Program-made: the position numbers and the translations under genes
Source of the DNA: Epiperipatus broadwayi
Lineage: Eukaryota > Animalia > Onychophora
DNA: 64,000 bases
Assembly: GCA_028023455.1 (NCBI GenBank)
Contig: JAQFVV010000010.1
Coordinates: 16,182,001-16,246,000 of the forward strand
Direction of reading: 5' to 3'
In this document: one piece after another, positions 60,486-64,000 of the stretch
Layout of the letters: each line of letters begins with the position of its first letter
Position numbering within the stretch: position 1 is the stretch's first letter
Notes under the pieces: generated by a model
The model's input: only the letters and a program-made list of their open reading frames with translations
Databases searched by the model: none
What the model was told of the DNA's origin: nothing

Positions 60486-62950
60486 CAGTTTCTTGAACTT
60501 TTTGTATTCATGGAACCCCTATGAATTGGCCAAAAAATTGTGGAACTTAAAAAGTCCTTAAGTATTTTAAAAGCAAATAAAAGTAAATAAACATTAAAAT
60601 AGTATTGTATCAACAAAAAATTAATTATAAATTGCTTATCTTAATAGGTTAAAAAAATTAACTTCCATCACAGATTTTTAAAATTTAGAATTATAGACGT
60701 TATTGGCAATCATTAGTCAGCTTCTATACTCAGTTTATTTTTATATTTATTTTTTATTACTGAGTACAATGAAAAAATTATTCTCATTTATATGTAGTTG
60801 GAAATTGCAGTATAATTTTTAAAGCTTTTGCACTTGTGGAGAATACTCCATTAGTGATCGAATCTAAAATTTTGATTTCATTGTAAGATCCATTGCTCTT
60901 CCTTGTCTTCCTAGGAAAGATTACTTAAGTTTGGTCTATTGGTTGAAAATTGGCTTTTATTTTCAGGTGGAAAATACTCTGTTAATGTTTTACATCCTGC
61001 ATGTATAAGGTGGCAAGCTCTGGAGTTCAAAATCTATAGATTGAAGGCAGCTGTTATTTATATATTAGACAAATATAAAATTGAATTGTTTCTATCTTGA
61101 CATCATCATTAATTATATAGTCAGCCCAAAGTTTATCTAAATGCATTCTTTTTCATCTGGGATTTTGAAACAGTTACAGAGAGATATCTTACATTGCAAG
61201 ATTAAACTCGTTATGTGAATATGTTAGAAAGATAACATTTTTTTTATTGAACACTAATAAAGGGATAATTGGATAGAAAAATGCCAACTTCAAGCAATTT
61301 GAAGAAATGTGGCAATACTTTTCTGTGAGATAACTAGCAAACGTTAGTATGTTGCAGTCAGTTTGCATTACAGACTTTCTATAGTTTTGCATTGATCCAT
61401 TTTTGTAACTAATTTTAGACCTTTCTTGATGAAGAACATAAAAGTGGATATTTTTAACATTTTTTTTTTTTTTTTAATTTTTGCAAGAGAACCAGGAAGT
61501 TTTCCAATTTAGCTGCATCTCCATCAGTGCAAATGCTTGAATAAAACTCCCACGAATTTCATTTTTTTCCATAAATGAATCAACTGTTATTTCTCTTATA
61601 GTATGATTGTCCAAAGGATTGCAAATTAATAAATATTCAATGTTATCTTCATAAATATTAATATATAAACAAGCAAAATCAGCCATATATGTTAACTCAA
61701 CATTTGGAAAAGAATCTCATAAGATCACATTCGTAAAAATATGGCATTTCTTGAATATGAAACTGTCATTGGAAACTAGACAGTCTCATTATTTTTGAAA
61801 TATATTTTTATCTATGGAGCTTTATTAAGTTTTTTTGTAGTAATATGTGCCCTACTTGCTTTTGAGACAAATATAGTGTTTTATTCAGTTCCAAAACATT
61901 TATTTTAAAATATTTTTTACTCAAATTTTTTATGTTGGAATATGTCGTCTCTAAATGTTGCAATCTTTAATTTAGCTGGATTTAAGCTGCTAAAACTTAA
62001 AAACTTTTCACGTTCAACACAGTTTATTTGATTCATTTTAACACCTGTTTAGATAAAATCATAAGCAATAGAGGTTTCATTATATACTTTTATTTTTACT
62101 TTGTTCATCTTGTTTTGAAGATGGCTTTAAGATGAACTCATTATAAACTCATGCTGAATATAATACCTTCAAATTGCTTGGATTTTGCCTATTACCATTT
62201 GCTTCATTAATGCTTTTCTTACAAATTCATCACTTAACGATTGGGGATTTAAATTGTTTGTGTTTTATTGATAAACTAATCAGAAAAGTCACTCAAATGA
62301 ACTTAATATATAAATTTAACATTTTAATAGCAATTTTTGTAGAATTTGTAACAAACATATTGTCATTTACATTTGTTCTTGGCAGAACTGAAAGTTCTTG
62401 CAGTGAAAATTATGTAATATAAGGTTAAGTTATACATAGTAATTTTGTCGCTTGAAAATGTTTTTTGCAAGTCATTAAAATTCTTATGTAATTGTTTGTC
62501 TGGCATTTATATAATTTTATAAACATTTGGCTTATAATATATTATTTTAAGGATATATCTATGTATTGTTTATCATAATTATAATAATATATAATGATCT
62601 TTTTTTGATTTGACTTTGGCTTTCATAATGAAAAAACAAATGATAACTTCTGTATATAATAGAAAAGTTTGGGAAAATAAAGGGAAGCAGTAATAAATTA
62701 AACTTGAAATATTTTTCTTTTTTATAAATTCATTGTACTTTTTTATAAATATATTTATACCTTTATTTTATTTCAACAAATTTGATGGATATTTATTCAA
62801 AAAATAGTAATGAAATACAATGGAAAAGGAATTAGACTTTTTATTTTAAAATTTTAAATATAAATAATTTATATTTGAAATTGTTTATGGAAGCAATTGT
62901 ATGTCATGCATAACCCTTAGTTTCCATGGAACCCAATTTAAGAAATGCTA
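60486..62950 (-). mobile_element. hAT (Buster/Charlie-type) element with decayed transposase
   Basis: Ends CAGTTTCTTGAACTTTTT...CATGGAACCCC and TTTCCATGGAACCCAATTTAAGAAATGCTA. Minus-strand EYLLICNPLDNHTIREI..DSFMEKNEI and WEFYSSICTDGDAA (DDE region). Confidence 0.8.
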
Positions 62951-64000
62951 GTTTTATGTTTTAGGTCACTATATATTAATTTTACCATTATGTTTTAAGT
63001 CACTTTATATTCTTTTACCTTTATATCAGTATTTTTTCCCTCATATTTTCTTTTATTCTATTATTAATCATCTTGTTGATATTTCACCTTTCATAACCTA
63101 TTTTCAATATTCAACTTCTTCCATCCTTTTATTTGGATTAATTCTACAATTTAAATCTTTTTATCTATGCTTATTTTCTTATTCACAAAATATAAAAATC
63201 ATTTTTTAATATCTCGTCCATTTCTTAATAGCTTATTTTATTCTTGATTCAGTTTTTTTAAAGTATAGCTTCAGGATGTATAAATGCATTTGTAATTGTT
63301 CCTAAATGCATTTTGAGTTAATGTGTAATGCAATTCCAATCTATCTTATTACTTACATTTTTTCATGTATAAGCTTTTTTTTTTTTAATTTCATAATTAA
63401 TGTGTATTTTTCATTACAAAAACTTAGCATACTTTCATCTCTTATTTCATAATCCTGAATTATAATAATATATAATGATCTTTTTTTGACTTGCCATGTA
63501 TTCCATTCTCTCATTACCACCATACAACTGTTTTCTTATTTTTTACAAATTACTTTTTAAATTTTTTATGCATGCTTTCTTTTTCCTCATGATGTTAATT
63601 TACATATATTCTTAGATAATGACAACCAATCCATCTTTTATAGGAATGCTACTTACAAAAATATTTTGTTCTTGGTGTTAAAAATTATCTGCTTCATTAT
63701 ATAATATTTTTTGCACTGATTTTACATTTCCCCCCTACAATTCATCCATCTCATGTTTTTAATACTGTATTATTCATAGTTCTATCAACTTACAACATTT
63801 AATTCCAGTGTATTTGAATATGCAGTGGTAATTGAATTGATGTTTCCAGTTTTGGGAAAGAATGTTTTAATTGAGATAGTTCATTCTTTGCTTTCTCCTG
63901 TAATTATATTTTCAAAACTAAATCTTCTATAATAATGGCATTTTAATTCTATGCACTTTTTATAGATTTAATATAGTTTAAGGTAACTAAGTAGATATAT

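Noticed and set aside
1-64000. CRISPR array, rRNA, intact tRNA or prokaryotic operon
   Set aside because: No regularly spaced repeat-spacer structure, no rRNA signature, no complete cloverleaf, and no long intact ORFs.

Overview
Very AT-rich, CpG-depleted animal genomic DNA. An arthropod, possibly chelicerate, host is my inference only. No intact protein-coding gene, rRNA, functional tRNA or CRISPR array can be supported. The window is mostly a graveyard of nested mobile elements: two Ty3/Gypsy pol remnants, an L1/Tx1-type ORF2, several older LINE/RTE remnants, two hAT (Buster/Charlie-like) transposase fossils plus hAT MITEs, two pogo/Tigger derivatives, and a GG-terminated MITE with an 8-bp TSD. 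There is also a young non-autonomous LTR element with 2.04-kb LTRs around a 0.6-kb non-coding core (tRNA-Lys PBS, CCAT TSD). A CpG-retaining region at about 48.4-51.2 kb holds an RFX X-box and strong splice donors and is probably a host promoter. The most striking system is a roughly 475-bp repeat family ('family A') carrying a type-I hammerhead ribozyme motif (six copies at four loci). Three loci are inverted, fold-back insertions each bounded by a perfect 14-15-bp TSD, which fits a retrozyme or Penelope-like element. A second, unrelated 366-bp hammerhead-bearing insertion shares its 3' tail with a LINE. All alignments and folds were done by eye, so boundaries of old elements are approximate.
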